DNA of 61,674 bases from Rickettsiales bacterium (GCA_947442475.1 CANEVP010000006.1:1-61674), one strand, 5' to 3'; shown: positions 49,020 through 58,380, counted from the first letter of the stretch. Program-made: numbers and translations. The notes: a model not told the origin generated them from the letters alone.

Positions 49020-50282
49020 ATGTCAAAAAAAGAAATAACTACTTTGCCTAACGGCCTACGTATTGCCACCGACGAAATGAAAGATGTTGAAACAGTTTCA
49101 GTTGGAGTTTTTGTAAATACCGGAAGTCGCAATGAGAGCATTGAAATCAACGGTATTTCGCACTTTCTTGAGCACATGGCTTTTAAAGGAACCGCAAAAA
49201 GAAGTGCGCGACAAATTGCCGAAGAATTTGAAGGAATTGGCGGTCGCATCAATGCTTACACCTCAAAAGATAAAACAGTTTATTACGCCAAAGTGCTGAA
49301 GAAACATGCTGAATTTGCTGTCGAATTTTTGGCTGATATTTTGCAAAACTCCACTTTCGATTCAGTTGAATTAGAAAAAGAACGCGGCGTAATTTTGCAA
49401 GAAATCGCCATGACTAACGATACTCCAGACGATATTGTTTTCGATTATTTTCAAGAAACCGCTTACCCCAAACAAGCAATTGGTCGTTCAATTTTAGGGC
49501 CAGTAAAAAATATTAAAAAATTTGGGCGCGATCATTTTGTCAACTACATCGCAAGTCAGTACAGCTACAAAAATATCGCAGTAGTTGCGGCAGGAAATAT
49601 CAAAGAAACTGATTTGGTAAAATGGTCGAAAAAATATTTTACTAATCTTGGCACCAATGAAATCAAAGATGTAGAGCCTGCAAAATATGTCGGTGGAGAT
49701 TTTCGAAAAGAAAAAAAACTCGAGCAAATTAATCTAACAATCGGCTTTAAAGGCGTATCACATTTGCATGAAGATTATTACGCTTCGCAAATTTTGGCGA
49801 TGATTTTGGGTGGCGGAATGTCGTCACGTTTATTTCAAGAAGTGCGCGAGAATCGCGGTTTGGCTTACTCGATTTATGCTTTTAATTTTGCTAGTCACGA
49901 TTCGGGCTTGTTTGGAATTTACGCAGGAACAACTCCTGAAAAAACTAATGAGCTAATTTCGGCAACTTGCACCGAGGTGAAAAAAATCTGCGAGAAAGTT
50001 ACTGATAAAGAAATGACTCGAGTTCGCACCCAGTTTGAAGCTGGTCTGTTGATGGCAAAAGAAAGCACCAGCACTAGAATGCAGAGATTGGGCGGAGATA
50101 TTTTTTCTTACGATCGCTTGGTTGGTGATGAAGAGATTTTGAAGAAAGTTTCAGCGGTAAAAAAGTCGGATGTGGCGAGAGTTGCGTCAGAAATTTTTAG
50201 CAGTTCGAAACCAACATTCGCTGCGATTGGCAAAGTGGGGAAGGTGATGGAGATTGGAAAAATCAAAAAGAGTTTTGCTTAA
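49020..50282 (+). CDS. M16 family zinc peptidase (MPP-beta-like)
   Basis: LPNGL, HFLEHMAFKGT (HxxEH), GGGMSSRLFQEVRE..GLAYS. Confidence 0.95.
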   Translation: MSKKEITTLPNGLRIATDEMKDVETVSVGVFVNTGSRNESIEINGISHFLEHMAFKGTAKRSARQIAEEFEGIGGRINAYTSKDKTVYYAKVLKKHAEFAVEFLADILQNSTFDSVELEKERGVILQEIAMTNDTPDDIVFDYFQETAYPKQAIGRSILGPVKNIKKFGRDHFVNYIASQYSYKNIAVVAAGNIKETDLVKWSKKYFTNLGTNEIKDVEPAKYVGGDFRKEKKLEQINLTIGFKGVSHLHEDYYASQILAMILGGGMSSRLFQEVRENRGLAYSIYAFNFASHDSGLFGIYAGTTPEKTNELISATCTEVKKICEKVTDKEMTRVRTQFEAGLLMAKESTSTRMQRLGGDIFSYDRLVGDEEILKKVSAVKKSDVARVASEIFSSSKPTFAAIGKVGKVMEIGKIKKSFA

Positions 50283-50287
50283 AAAAG

Positions 50288-50387
50288 TTATAGGTCCATG
50301 AGCAAAGCGCGAGCGTCGTCGAAAGGCCGAAACTTCGAGTTTCAGGCCATTTTCTACGACGCTCGCGCTTTGCTCATGGAACTATAA
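50288..50387. repeat. ~100-bp REP-like palindromic element with 25-bp perfect core arms
   Basis: tccatgagcaaagcgcgagcgtcgt (50295-50319) / acgacgctcgcgctttgctcatgga (50356-50380), inner ggcc and gaaac stems. Confidence 0.9.
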
Positions 50388-50395
50388 AGTTCTAA

Positions 50396-50566
50396 CTAAA
50401 AATCAATCGCCCGACCATTAATCTGCCAGTCACCAAAACGAGTTGGATCTTGCTCAATTTTTTCTTTAGCAATTTCTGTGTTAGAAATCTGATCATCTTT
50501 TTTTATCTCTTGGGAAGTGTTACATCCACAAGATTCACCACATTTTTTTTCTTCGTATTTAGTCAT
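50396..50566 (-). CDS. DUF1674 / SDH assembly factor 4-like protein (56 aa, not in ORF track)
   Basis: Manual translation MTKYEEKKCGESCGC...DPTRFGDWQINGRAIDF*. Confidence 0.85.
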   Translation of the reverse strand: MTKYEEKKCGESCGCNTSQEIKKDDQISNTEIAKEKIEQDPTRFGDWQINGRAIDF

Positions 50567-50569
50567 AAA

Positions 50570-51028
50570 TTAATGCTCCTGACCTGCTTGTTGAGTTCTA
50601 AATCCGGCACCTTTACCTGCTAATCCTAGATCGCCTTGCACACCAGCAAATGGTTGGGCAGCTTCAGCTGCACCAAGATGTTCAATGCTAATGGTGTCGC
50701 CTTTTGCCTCATCGGTACCAAAATAATTTGCCATTTTTCCAAAACATTCAGAAATACTCGCGCCAAGTGCGCCACCAGCCTTAGTAAAATAGTTAAACAA
50801 TTCTGCCATACTTCCACCAAGTTTTATGGCGCTATCCATTCCGGGGCCGCCAATACATGGCACTTCTTGCTTACCAACATTAAGCATCGAATGCGTTTCA
50901 GAGGCCCCAGCAAATGCCCCAGTTCCTTCAGCTGCTCGAACATCAGGAGCTTTATCTCCCATCGCCACGCCAGAGAAAGCTCCAGCGTGATCTAATTCTC
51001 CTGCGCTTGGTCCTTTGCTCTTACTCAT
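50570..51028 (-). CDS. Gly/Ala-rich hypothetical protein
   Basis: ATG51028 lies just after the maeB stop; co-oriented with maeB and DUF1674. Confidence 0.65.
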   Translation of the reverse strand: MSKSKGPSAGELDHAGAFSGVAMGDKAPDVRAAEGTGAFAGASETHSMLNVGKQEVPCIGGPGMDSAIKLGGSMAELFNYFTKAGGALGASISECFGKMANYFGTDEAKGDTISIEHLGAAEAAQPFAGVQGDLGLAGKGAGFRTQQAGQEH

Positions 51029-51038
51029 ATTTAAAAAA

Positions 51039-53342
51039 CTATTTTGAAGATGATCCAACCGCAGCAATTGCAGCTAGGTTTAAAATATCACTAACAGAAG
51101 AGTTCAGGGTAACAATTTGAACTGATTTTTCAAAGCCATCCATGATTGGTCCAATCACGGTGCAATTACCGACTTCTTCCAAAAGCTTAGTTGCAATTGA
51201 AGCTGAGTGAAGCCCTGGGCAAATCAAAATATTGGCGGGCGCTGTCAATCTACAAAATGGGTAGCGTGCCATTTTATCCATGTTTAGAGCCACGTCAGCC
51301 GTCATTTCGCCGTCATATTCGAAATCAACTTTTTGGCTGTCTAAAATTTCAACCGCGTGTTTGATGCGGCTTGATTCAGTTTTTAAGGCCGAGCCGAAAT
51401 TCGAAAATGACAAGAAAGCAACGCGCGGTTCATAACCCATTTCGCGCACTTTTTTGGCAGTTTGAATGGCGATATCAGCCAAATGTTCTGATGAAGAAAG
51501 TTCTGAACAAGCGGTGTCTGAAATGAAAATAGTTTTGCCTTTTGAGATCACCATTGAAATGCCAAGAACGATTTTATTTTTCTTGTTTTTGATAACTTTC
51601 CAAACGTCAGTTAGCGATTGACGATAACCGCGAGTAAGTCCTGTAACCAAAGCATCGCCATGCCCACAAGCAAGCATTGAGGCAGCAAAAATATTGCGAT
51701 CATTTTTGATCATGCGTGAGCAGTCAGAGCGAAGCACGCCATCACGTTGCAATTTTTTATAAAGGTAGTCGGTAAATTTGCTGTTCTCGTCAGAGATGGA
51801 AGCGTTGAAAATTTCAATGCCTTCAGGGCTGACATTGGCTTCCTTCATGTTTTCCAAAATGCGCTTTTCTTTACCAATCAAAATTGGCTTGCCGTATCCA
51901 GAATCGCGCCACATTGCAGCAACGCGGATGATTTCTGGTTGCTCGCCTTCAGCAAAAATAACTTTTTTTGGTTTTCTTTCAAGCTGATCAAAAATCATGC
52001 TCAAGCTGTGCATCGAAGGATCGCGGCGCGCTTGTAATTGTTTTTTGTAAGCATCCCAATCTGTGATTGGTTTTCTAGCAACACCACTTGCAACTGCGGC
52101 TTTAGCAACTGCAAGAGGCACAACTGAAATCAAGCGTGCGTCAAATGGAGTTGGAATGATGTAGTGTTTGCCAAATTTCATTTCGCGATTGCCATAGGCT
52201 TTCACAACTTCTTCAGGCACATGTTCGCGAGCAAGTTCAGCAATTGCGTGGGCTGCAGCGATTTTCATTTCTTCGTTAATAGTTGAGGCACGAACATCCA
52301 AAGCACCACGGAAAATGTAAGGGAAGCCCATTACGTTATTAACTTGGTTTTCGTAATCCGAGCGCCCAGTTGCAACAATGGCGTCGTCACGAGTAGCGTG
52401 AACTTCTTCTGGAGTAATTTCTGGATCTGGATTTGCCATGGCAAAAATCACTGGATTTTTTGCCATTGATTTCACCATTTCGCGAGTAACCGCGCCTTTA
52501 ACTGAAAGACCCAAGAAAACGTCGGCATTTTTCATTGCCTCAACCAAAGTGCGATCTTTGGTGTTTGAGGCATGCGCAGATTTCCATTGGTTCATTCCTT
52601 CAGTTCTACCTTTGTAGATTATGCCTTTAGTGTCGCAAAGAATTGCGTTGTCGTGGGGCAAGCCCATTGCTTTTAAAAGTTCTAAACAAGCAATTCCGGC
52701 AGCGCCAGCGCCGTTTACGACAACTTTAAGATCTTTAAATTTTTTGCCCGAAATTTGCAAAGCGTTGATAATGCCAGCTGCAGAAACAATCGCGGTGCCA
52801 TGTTGGTCATCGTGAAAAACCGGAATATCCATTAATTCACGCAGCTTGCTTTCAATGATGAAGCATTCTGGCGCCTTGATGTCTTCAAGGTTGATGCCGC
52901 CCCAAGTTGGTCCCAAATATCTAACGGCATTGATAAATTCATCAGCATCTTCAGTTGCAACTTCGATATCAACCGAGTCAATGTCGGCAAAACGTTTGAA
53001 CAAAACTGATTTGCCTTCCATTACTGGTTTCCCAGCTAAAGCGCCAAGATTTCCAAGGCCTAAAACTGCAGTACCGTTTGAAATTACGGCAACGTAATTT
53101 CCTTTCGCGGTGTAGTCGTAAGCAGCGTCAGGATTTTTTTGAATTTCTAAACAAGGCACCGCAACACCAGGTGAGTAAGCCAAAGCCAAATCGCGCTGAG
53201 TGTTAAGTGGCTTGGTTGGTTGCATTGAAACTTTGCCCGGTTGGCCCATCATGTGAAATTGCAAGGCTTCAAGATCTCTAGAGTTTTTGGTTGCTGATTT
53301 AGTGTTAGGAGTGTTTTTTACCGCGTCTTTTTTGCTGGCCAT
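51039..53342 (-). CDS. maeB: NADP-dependent malic enzyme fused to a phosphotransacetylase-like domain
   Basis: AYSPGVA, GKPVMEGK, INLEDIKAPECF, FHDDQHGTA, GAGAAG; C-terminal IFAEGE, SNFGS, DGEM. Confidence 0.96.
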   Translation of the reverse strand: MASKKDAVKNTPNTKSATKNSRDLEALQFHMMGQPGKVSMQPTKPLNTQRDLALAYSPGVAVPCLEIQKNPDAAYDYTAKGNYVAVISNGTAVLGLGNLGALAGKPVMEGKSVLFKRFADIDSVDIEVATEDADEFINAVRYLGPTWGGINLEDIKAPECFIIESKLRELMDIPVFHDDQHGTAIVSAAGIINALQISGKKFKDLKVVVNGAGAAGIACLELLKAMGLPHDNAILCDTKGIIYKGRTEGMNQWKSAHASNTKDRTLVEAMKNADVFLGLSVKGAVTREMVKSMAKNPVIFAMANPDPEITPEEVHATRDDAIVATGRSDYENQVNNVMGFPYIFRGALDVRASTINEEMKIAAAHAIAELAREHVPEEVVKAYGNREMKFGKHYIIPTPFDARLISVVPLAVAKAAVASGVARKPITDWDAYKKQLQARRDPSMHSLSMIFDQLERKPKKVIFAEGEQPEIIRVAAMWRDSGYGKPILIGKEKRILENMKEANVSPEGIEIFNASISDENSKFTDYLYKKLQRDGVLRSDCSRMIKNDRNIFAASMLACGHGDALVTGLTRGYRQSLTDVWKVIKNKKNKIVLGISMVISKGKTIFISDTACSELSSSEHLADIAIQTAKKVREMGYEPRVAFLSFSNFGSALKTESSRIKHAVEILDSQKVDFEYDGEMTADVALNMDKMARYPFCRLTAPANILICPGLHSASIATKLLEEVGNCTVIGPIMDGFEKSVQIVTLNSSVSDILNLAAIAAVGSSSK

Positions 53343-53428
53343 ATTCGGAAATGAAAAATGATTAAAGAAGTGTAATTCGATATAGGTGAATCAAGGAAGG
53401 GCGGGCAAAGTAGTTTTCAAGAATTTTA

Positions 53429-54157
53429 ATGTCAAAAAATATGCAAATCGATCGCGGTAAAAAATTTTTAGAATTTTTTGAACCACAAAATGCGCCAAGA
53501 AAAATTGATTTTTTGGTGTTGCATCACGTTGAGGCAAATTCCGCAGAGCATGCAATTGCCCAGCTTCTTGAACATAAAGTTAGTGCCCATTTTTTAATTG
53601 ACGAAAGCGGAAAAATTTTTGAGCTAGTTGGCGAAAACGACGTTGCCTATCACGCCGGAGTTAGTTTTTGGAAAGGTTTTGAAGGCTTAAATAAAAACTC
53701 AATTGGCATTGAATTTGTTAATTCTTCACCTTTTTCCAAAAAATTTGAAGAGGCGCAGATGGTTGCTGGAGTTCAGCTCTGCAAATATTTAATCGCAAAA
53801 TATCAGCTAGAAGTTGTTGGTCATTCTGACATTGCTTACAACAAAGAAACCGGCTTTTTAGATCGTAAACAAGATCCATCGCATCTTTTTGATTGGCGGT
53901 TTTTAGCCGAAAATGGCGTGGGAATTTTTCCCAACATTAGCGCCGATGAAACAAAAATATTTGAGATCACAAACAAAGATGCGCGCATTAGCGAAATAAA
54001 ACAAAATCTGAAAAAATTTGGTTATCGCATTATAAATCTAAATGATGAATTTGACCTTGAAATGCAAGCCTTGGCGACAGTTTTTAATCGTCGTTTTTTG
54101 GGCAAAGATTTAGATTTTTGGTGCAATAATTCTAATTTAATTTTGCAAAAACTTTAG
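53429..54157 (+). CDS. N-acetylmuramoyl-L-alanine amidase (Amidase_2, AmiD-like)
   Basis: LVLHH, VSAHFLI, AYHAGVS, SIGIE, GHSDIA, RKQDP. Confidence 0.92.
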   Translation: MSKNMQIDRGKKFLEFFEPQNAPRKIDFLVLHHVEANSAEHAIAQLLEHKVSAHFLIDESGKIFELVGENDVAYHAGVSFWKGFEGLNKNSIGIEFVNSSPFSKKFEEAQMVAGVQLCKYLIAKYQLEVVGHSDIAYNKETGFLDRKQDPSHLFDWRFLAENGVGIFPNISADETKIFEITNKDARISEIKQNLKKFGYRIINLNDEFDLEMQALATVFNRRFLGKDLDFWCNNSNLILQKL

Positions 54158-54880
54158 TTAAAAGCTCAGCGCCGTTTTTGCAATTGCCAGCACCACAACT
54201 TTTTTAGCACCGTGTTTTTTTAGAATTTTTGCACAATTCTCAAACGTGGCGCCAGTCGTGGTGACGTCGTCAATTAGTAGAATTTTTTTGCCCCGCACTT
54301 CTTTGAGATATTTCGCGTTTACCACAAAAGCGTTTTTTAAATTATTTTCGCGCTCCTTCTTTTTCAGCTCAACTTGCGGCTTGGTGTCTTTGATTCGCAC
54401 TAAAAAATCGGCAATAAAATTTTTATCTGGTCCAAATTTTAGCAAGTTTTTTGCCAGCAAAACCGCCTGATTAAATTTTCTTTTGCGCAATCTTTTTACA
54501 TGTAGCGGCACTGCAATTATAAGGTCGCAATCAGCAATTTCACTTTTGGCTTTGTCAAATAAAAGCCGCGCAAATTTCTTCGCCAAAAAAGTTTGGTCGC
54601 GATATTTTAGCGAGCTGATGATTTTTCGTAAAATGTGATTGTAGCGAAAAAGCACCACCGCTTTGTCAAAAGCAGGTCTCTTGGTTAAACATTTCGCGCA
54701 CAGCAAACTCAAGCCTTGAAACTCAAACGGATAAGCGCAAATTTGACATTTCGGTTCACAGATAAATTGTAGTTTCGGCCAGCATTCTGAGCAAAAAAAG
54801 CCGTCGCGATTAACGATTTTTTCGCAAGCAAGGCAGTGACTTGGAAAAATAATTTCCAAAAAATTCTTTAAAATTTTCAT
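54158..54880 (-). CDS. comF: ComF family protein
   Basis: Double zinc ribbon, VPLH..R..RKFNQA, LLIDDVTTTGAT. Confidence 0.92.
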   Translation of the reverse strand: MKILKNFLEIIFPSHCLACEKIVNRDGFFCSECWPKLQFICEPKCQICAYPFEFQGLSLLCAKCLTKRPAFDKAVVLFRYNHILRKIISSLKYRDQTFLAKKFARLLFDKAKSEIADCDLIIAVPLHVKRLRKRKFNQAVLLAKNLLKFGPDKNFIADFLVRIKDTKPQVELKKKERENNLKNAFVVNAKYLKEVRGKKILLIDDVTTTGATFENCAKILKKHGAKKVVVLAIAKTALSF

Positions 54881-54888
54881 TTTCTAAC

Positions 54889-55641
54889 GTGATGACTCAA
54901 GAGGTTCTATTTGATCGCGATTTGCTGCGGCAAAACCGCAAACGCGCTGCTAAGGGTTTCGTACAGCATAATTTTTTACATCACGAAGTTGCAAATAGAA
55001 TTGCTGAGAATGTTGGTTTGCTTGATCGTGAGTTTGTCGATGTTTTGGAAATTGGGGCAATGGATAATCAGCTTCAGACTCTTGTGAAAACTGGTCAAGA
55101 AGTGCATTACGATTTTTGCGTGGATGAAGAAAGTTTACCACAAACTCCTGAATCCTTTGACCTAATTTTAAGCAATCTCAGCTTTCACTTCATCAACGAA
55201 ATTCCGCAATTTCTCTTCCAAATCAAAAACCTCTTAAAACCAAACGGAGTCTTTATCGCCAGCTTTTTTGGCGAAGAAAATCTCAGCCAACTTGCCCACG
55301 TTTTATACGAAACTGAAAATGAAATTTACGGCGGAATTTCGCCGAGAATGCCCCCAACAATTGACGTGAAAACCGCTGCTAATCTTTTTGCCAAAGCCGG
55401 ATTTCAAAATCCGATTTCTGATTTTGCTAAAATTGAAGTTGAGTACAGCGAGCCACTAAATCTGTTAAAAGACTTGAAAAACATGGGGCAGGGCAACATT
55501 TTAACTAAACGTTCGCGCAAATTTTTTACTAAAAAATTCCTGCAAAAAATTTCTGAAAATTACCGCAAAACTTACGCAACAAGTGAAGGTGGCGTAGCTG
55601 CAACTTTTGAAATCGTGACTGTAACCGGTTGGAAAAATTAA
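54889..55641 (+). CDS. SAM-dependent methyltransferase (BioC/NDUFAF5-like)
   Basis: LFDR, LEIGA, DEE.LP, FDLILSNL..H, LKPNG, DLKNMG, ATFEIV..GW. Confidence 0.88.
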   Translation: MMTQEVLFDRDLLRQNRKRAAKGFVQHNFLHHEVANRIAENVGLLDREFVDVLEIGAMDNQLQTLVKTGQEVHYDFCVDEESLPQTPESFDLILSNLSFHFINEIPQFLFQIKNLLKPNGVFIASFFGEENLSQLAHVLYETENEIYGGISPRMPPTIDVKTAANLFAKAGFQNPISDFAKIEVEYSEPLNLLKDLKNMGQGNILTKRSRKFFTKKFLQKISENYRKTYATSEGGVAATFEIVTVTGWKN

Positions 55642-55648
55642 AATAAAC

Positions 55649-57028
55649 ATGACCAAAAAATTACACATCAAAACCTACGGCTGCCAAATGAATGTTTATG
55701 ATTCAGATCGCATGCAAGACTTAATGACGGCAGTTGGCTATGAAACAACCGACACTCCAGAAGGCGCCGACATGGTAATTATTAACACTTGTCACATTCG
55801 CGAAAAAGCTTCGGAAAAATTATTTTCTGATTTGGGCAGAATTCGCCCTCATAAAGATAAAATGAAAAATGATGGCAGCCAAATGATTGTTGCAGTTGCT
55901 GGTTGCGTGGCGCAAGCAGAAGGCGAAGAAATTTTTCGCCGTTCTAATGTGGTTGATATTATTGTGGGGCCTGAAAGTTACCAAACCTTGCCAGATTTGG
56001 TTGGAAAGGTGATTCGCGAAAAGAAAAAACAAATTAATTTAGAATTTACTCCCAACGATAAATTTGACGCCTTGCCACAAAGCACTGCGGGCGTTGGCAC
56101 CAGCGCTTTTGTAACGGTTCAAGAAGGTTGCGACAAATTCTGCACTTTCTGTGTCGTGCCTTACACGCGAGGCGCTGAATATTCTCGCGAAGTTTCTAAA
56201 ATTGTTGCTGATGCCAAAAGTCTCGCCGAACAAGGCGTTAGTGAAATTTATTTGCTGGGTCAAAACGTCAACGCCTACCACGGCTTGGATGAAAAAGGTG
56301 AAGCTGCTAGTCTTGCAAAATTAATCGAACAAATCTCGGCAATTCCCGAAGTTAAACGCGTGCGCTACACCACCTCTCACCCGCGCGATATGGGTGACGA
56401 CTTAATTGCAGCCCACGGATCAATTGATAAATTAATGCCATTTTTGCACCTGCCAATTCAGTCGGGTTCAAACAATGTTTTAAAGGGAATGAACCGCAAA
56501 CATACCCGCCAAGATTATTTTAAAATTATCGAAAAGATCCGTGCCGCAAGACCAAACATTGGTTTGTCGTCAGATTTTATTGTAGGCTTTCCCGGCGAAA
56601 CCGACCAAGATTTTGAAGATACACTCGACCTAATCAAAAAAATCGGCTTCTCGCAATGCTACTCTTTTAAATATTCGCCACGTCCAGGAACGCCGGCGGC
56701 GGACGCTAAAATTCAAGTGCCAGAAGAAGTAAAAACCGAGCGCCTTACACGTTTGCAAAAACTTTTAACCGAGCAGCAGATTATTTTTAACCAAGGTTTT
56801 GAAGGCAAAGTAATGGACGTGCTTTTCGAAAAAGAAGCGCCGAAAAGCAAAGCCAACAGCCCAAAAACTCCAAGACCCGGAACTCAGCTGTGGGGAAAAT
56901 CGCCGTGGTTGCAGTCAGTGATTGTTGATGTGGCAAGCGAAGAAGAAGCGAAAAAATATTTTGGAAAAATTGCTGAGGTCAAAATTCTAAAAAGTAGACC
57001 GAGTAGCTTGGTTGGAGAGTTGGCATAG
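55649..57028 (+). CDS. miaB: tRNA-2-methylthio-N6-dimethylallyladenosine synthase
   Basis: TYGCQMN, NTCHIRE, GCVAQ, GCDKFCTFC, IVGFPGET, C-terminal TRAM domain. Confidence 0.97.
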   Translation: MTKKLHIKTYGCQMNVYDSDRMQDLMTAVGYETTDTPEGADMVIINTCHIREKASEKLFSDLGRIRPHKDKMKNDGSQMIVAVAGCVAQAEGEEIFRRSNVVDIIVGPESYQTLPDLVGKVIREKKKQINLEFTPNDKFDALPQSTAGVGTSAFVTVQEGCDKFCTFCVVPYTRGAEYSREVSKIVADAKSLAEQGVSEIYLLGQNVNAYHGLDEKGEAASLAKLIEQISAIPEVKRVRYTTSHPRDMGDDLIAAHGSIDKLMPFLHLPIQSGSNNVLKGMNRKHTRQDYFKIIEKIRAARPNIGLSSDFIVGFPGETDQDFEDTLDLIKKIGFSQCYSFKYSPRPGTPAADAKIQVPEEVKTERLTRLQKLLTEQQIIFNQGFEGKVMDVLFEKEAPKSKANSPKTPRPGTQLWGKSPWLQSVIVDVASEEEAKKYFGKIAEVKILKSRPSSLVGELA

Positions 57029-57650
57029 TTTTATAAGAGATGCAGCCAATGTCTTTTTAGAGAAGTTAGAAAAACTTAAGCACTTCAATAAATTTTACGA
57101 TGAAGGTCAGGAAGCTTTTGCCGCAGATATAGCAACTGCCATCAGAACTATCTGCAAAGGTAGTAAAACTACGCAATCCTTGCTGGAGCAAACAAATTAT
57201 AAATCAAAAATCATCTTTTTAATGTATTCCGACTTAAGGGTGAATGAAGAAAATTTACTCACGTCTAGTCCTTTATGTATTATGAAACTGACAACTGGAT
57301 TAGGCGCTTCGTTTGAACCTAAATTAGATGATGTGAAGCAAATCGGAGGCAATGAATATATGGCAGAATTTAATCTATGGTGGGAGCAGATTGTGATTAA
57401 GGATGCTGTTGGTAACAAGTTCACAAGAAAAGATCTCATTGAAACTGTATGTGATAAGGAAGGTGGGGCCCACTACGACTCAAAACTAGATCAAAAAAGC
57501 AAAAATCTTTTTTACGAAAATAGTATCGCATGGAACGTTGTAAGTTCAAATCATCCAACTCCCAAACCTTTTAATAACAAAGTTCACTACGCTTCAATAA
57601 GGCATATCAGTTATGAGTTAGTTGGTGCCTTAAGCGATCTTCTTCATTAA
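57012..57650 (+). CDS. Hypothetical protein, possibly HEPN-like helical fold
   Basis: IATAIRT..SLL, FNLWWEQIV, FTRKDLI..CDKEGGAHYD, SIRHISYE; overlaps the miaB stop; start uncertain. Confidence 0.65.
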   Translation: MESWHSFIRDAANVFLEKLEKLKHFNKFYDEGQEAFAADIATAIRTICKGSKTTQSLLEQTNYKSKIIFLMYSDLRVNEENLLTSSPLCIMKLTTGLGASFEPKLDDVKQIGGNEYMAEFNLWWEQIVIKDAVGNKFTRKDLIETVCDKEGGAHYDSKLDQKSKNLFYENSIAWNVVSSNHPTPKPFNNKVHYASIRHISYELVGALSDLLH

Positions 57651-57735
57651 CGAATTATGGCTGGTAGCCCCCTACAGTTTAGCATTTGCAATGCCGACCT
57701 CACGTTCATTCCAACTTTTAGCAGGTATGAACAAA

Positions 57736-57963
57736 CAGCAGATCATTTTTAACCAAGGCTTTGAAGGCAAAGTTATGGATGTGCTTTTCGAAAAAGAGGA
57801 GTCAAAAAGCAAAGCTAACATCCTAAAAACCCCACGTCCCAGCACGCAACTTTCGGGCAAAAGCCTGTGGTTAAAGTCGATGATTGTTGACGTGGCAAGT
57901 GAGGAAGAAGTGAGAAAATATTTTAGGAAAATTGCTGAAGTAAAAATTTTGAAAAGCCGTCCG
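57736..57963 (+). pseudogene. Diverged duplicate of the miaB 3' end (TRAM domain)
   Basis: Colinear with 56774-57001; 64 of 76 aa identical by manual alignment; many synonymous changes. Confidence 0.9.
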
Positions 57964-58299
57964 ATTAATGCTTTGCTTTCTTCGGGACCGAATCTTTTTA
58001 AATAATTGATGAGGATGCTCGAAATAACGTAGTTACCACCACATCGCGAATTTCATAATGTTAAGAGTTTTTTTCTAAGAGCCTGTCCTCGCATTGCAGC
58101 TGCACTCGTTGCTTCTTGAATGATTGCCACAAGCTTTGGAAGCTTCTCTTTTTCTGAAGGTGATTCTAACTTTGCTAATCTTGGTTTCATAAAATCTGAA
58201 TTATTAAAAATAATTCCAAGATTTCTTGAGAGAAGAAAAACAAATTTACAAGACTAAACCTTTGCTCGAATTTACTAATAATAATGCATCCTCGGGTTG

Positions 58300-58323
58300 A
58301 TTTTCCGCACCGGTGCGGAAAAT
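58300..58323. repeat. 24-bp perfect palindrome, family copy 3
   Basis: att ttccgca ccgg tgcggaa aat followed by tcgaaaaaa; core identical to 28899-28922. Confidence 0.9.
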
Positions 58324-58380
58324 TCGAAAAAAGCGATCTAAAGCCTTGAAAATCAAACTTGTAACCCGCTTTTAAAATTA

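Noticed and set aside
56774-57963. Diversity-generating retroelement template/variable repeat pair
   Set aside because: Mismatches are not adenine-specific (many C/T third-position changes), and no reverse transcriptase is present in the window.
58053-58190. 45-aa minus-strand ORF (MKPRLAKLES...)
   Set aside because: Too short, no RBS or recognisable family; may be a gene remnant but cannot be supported.
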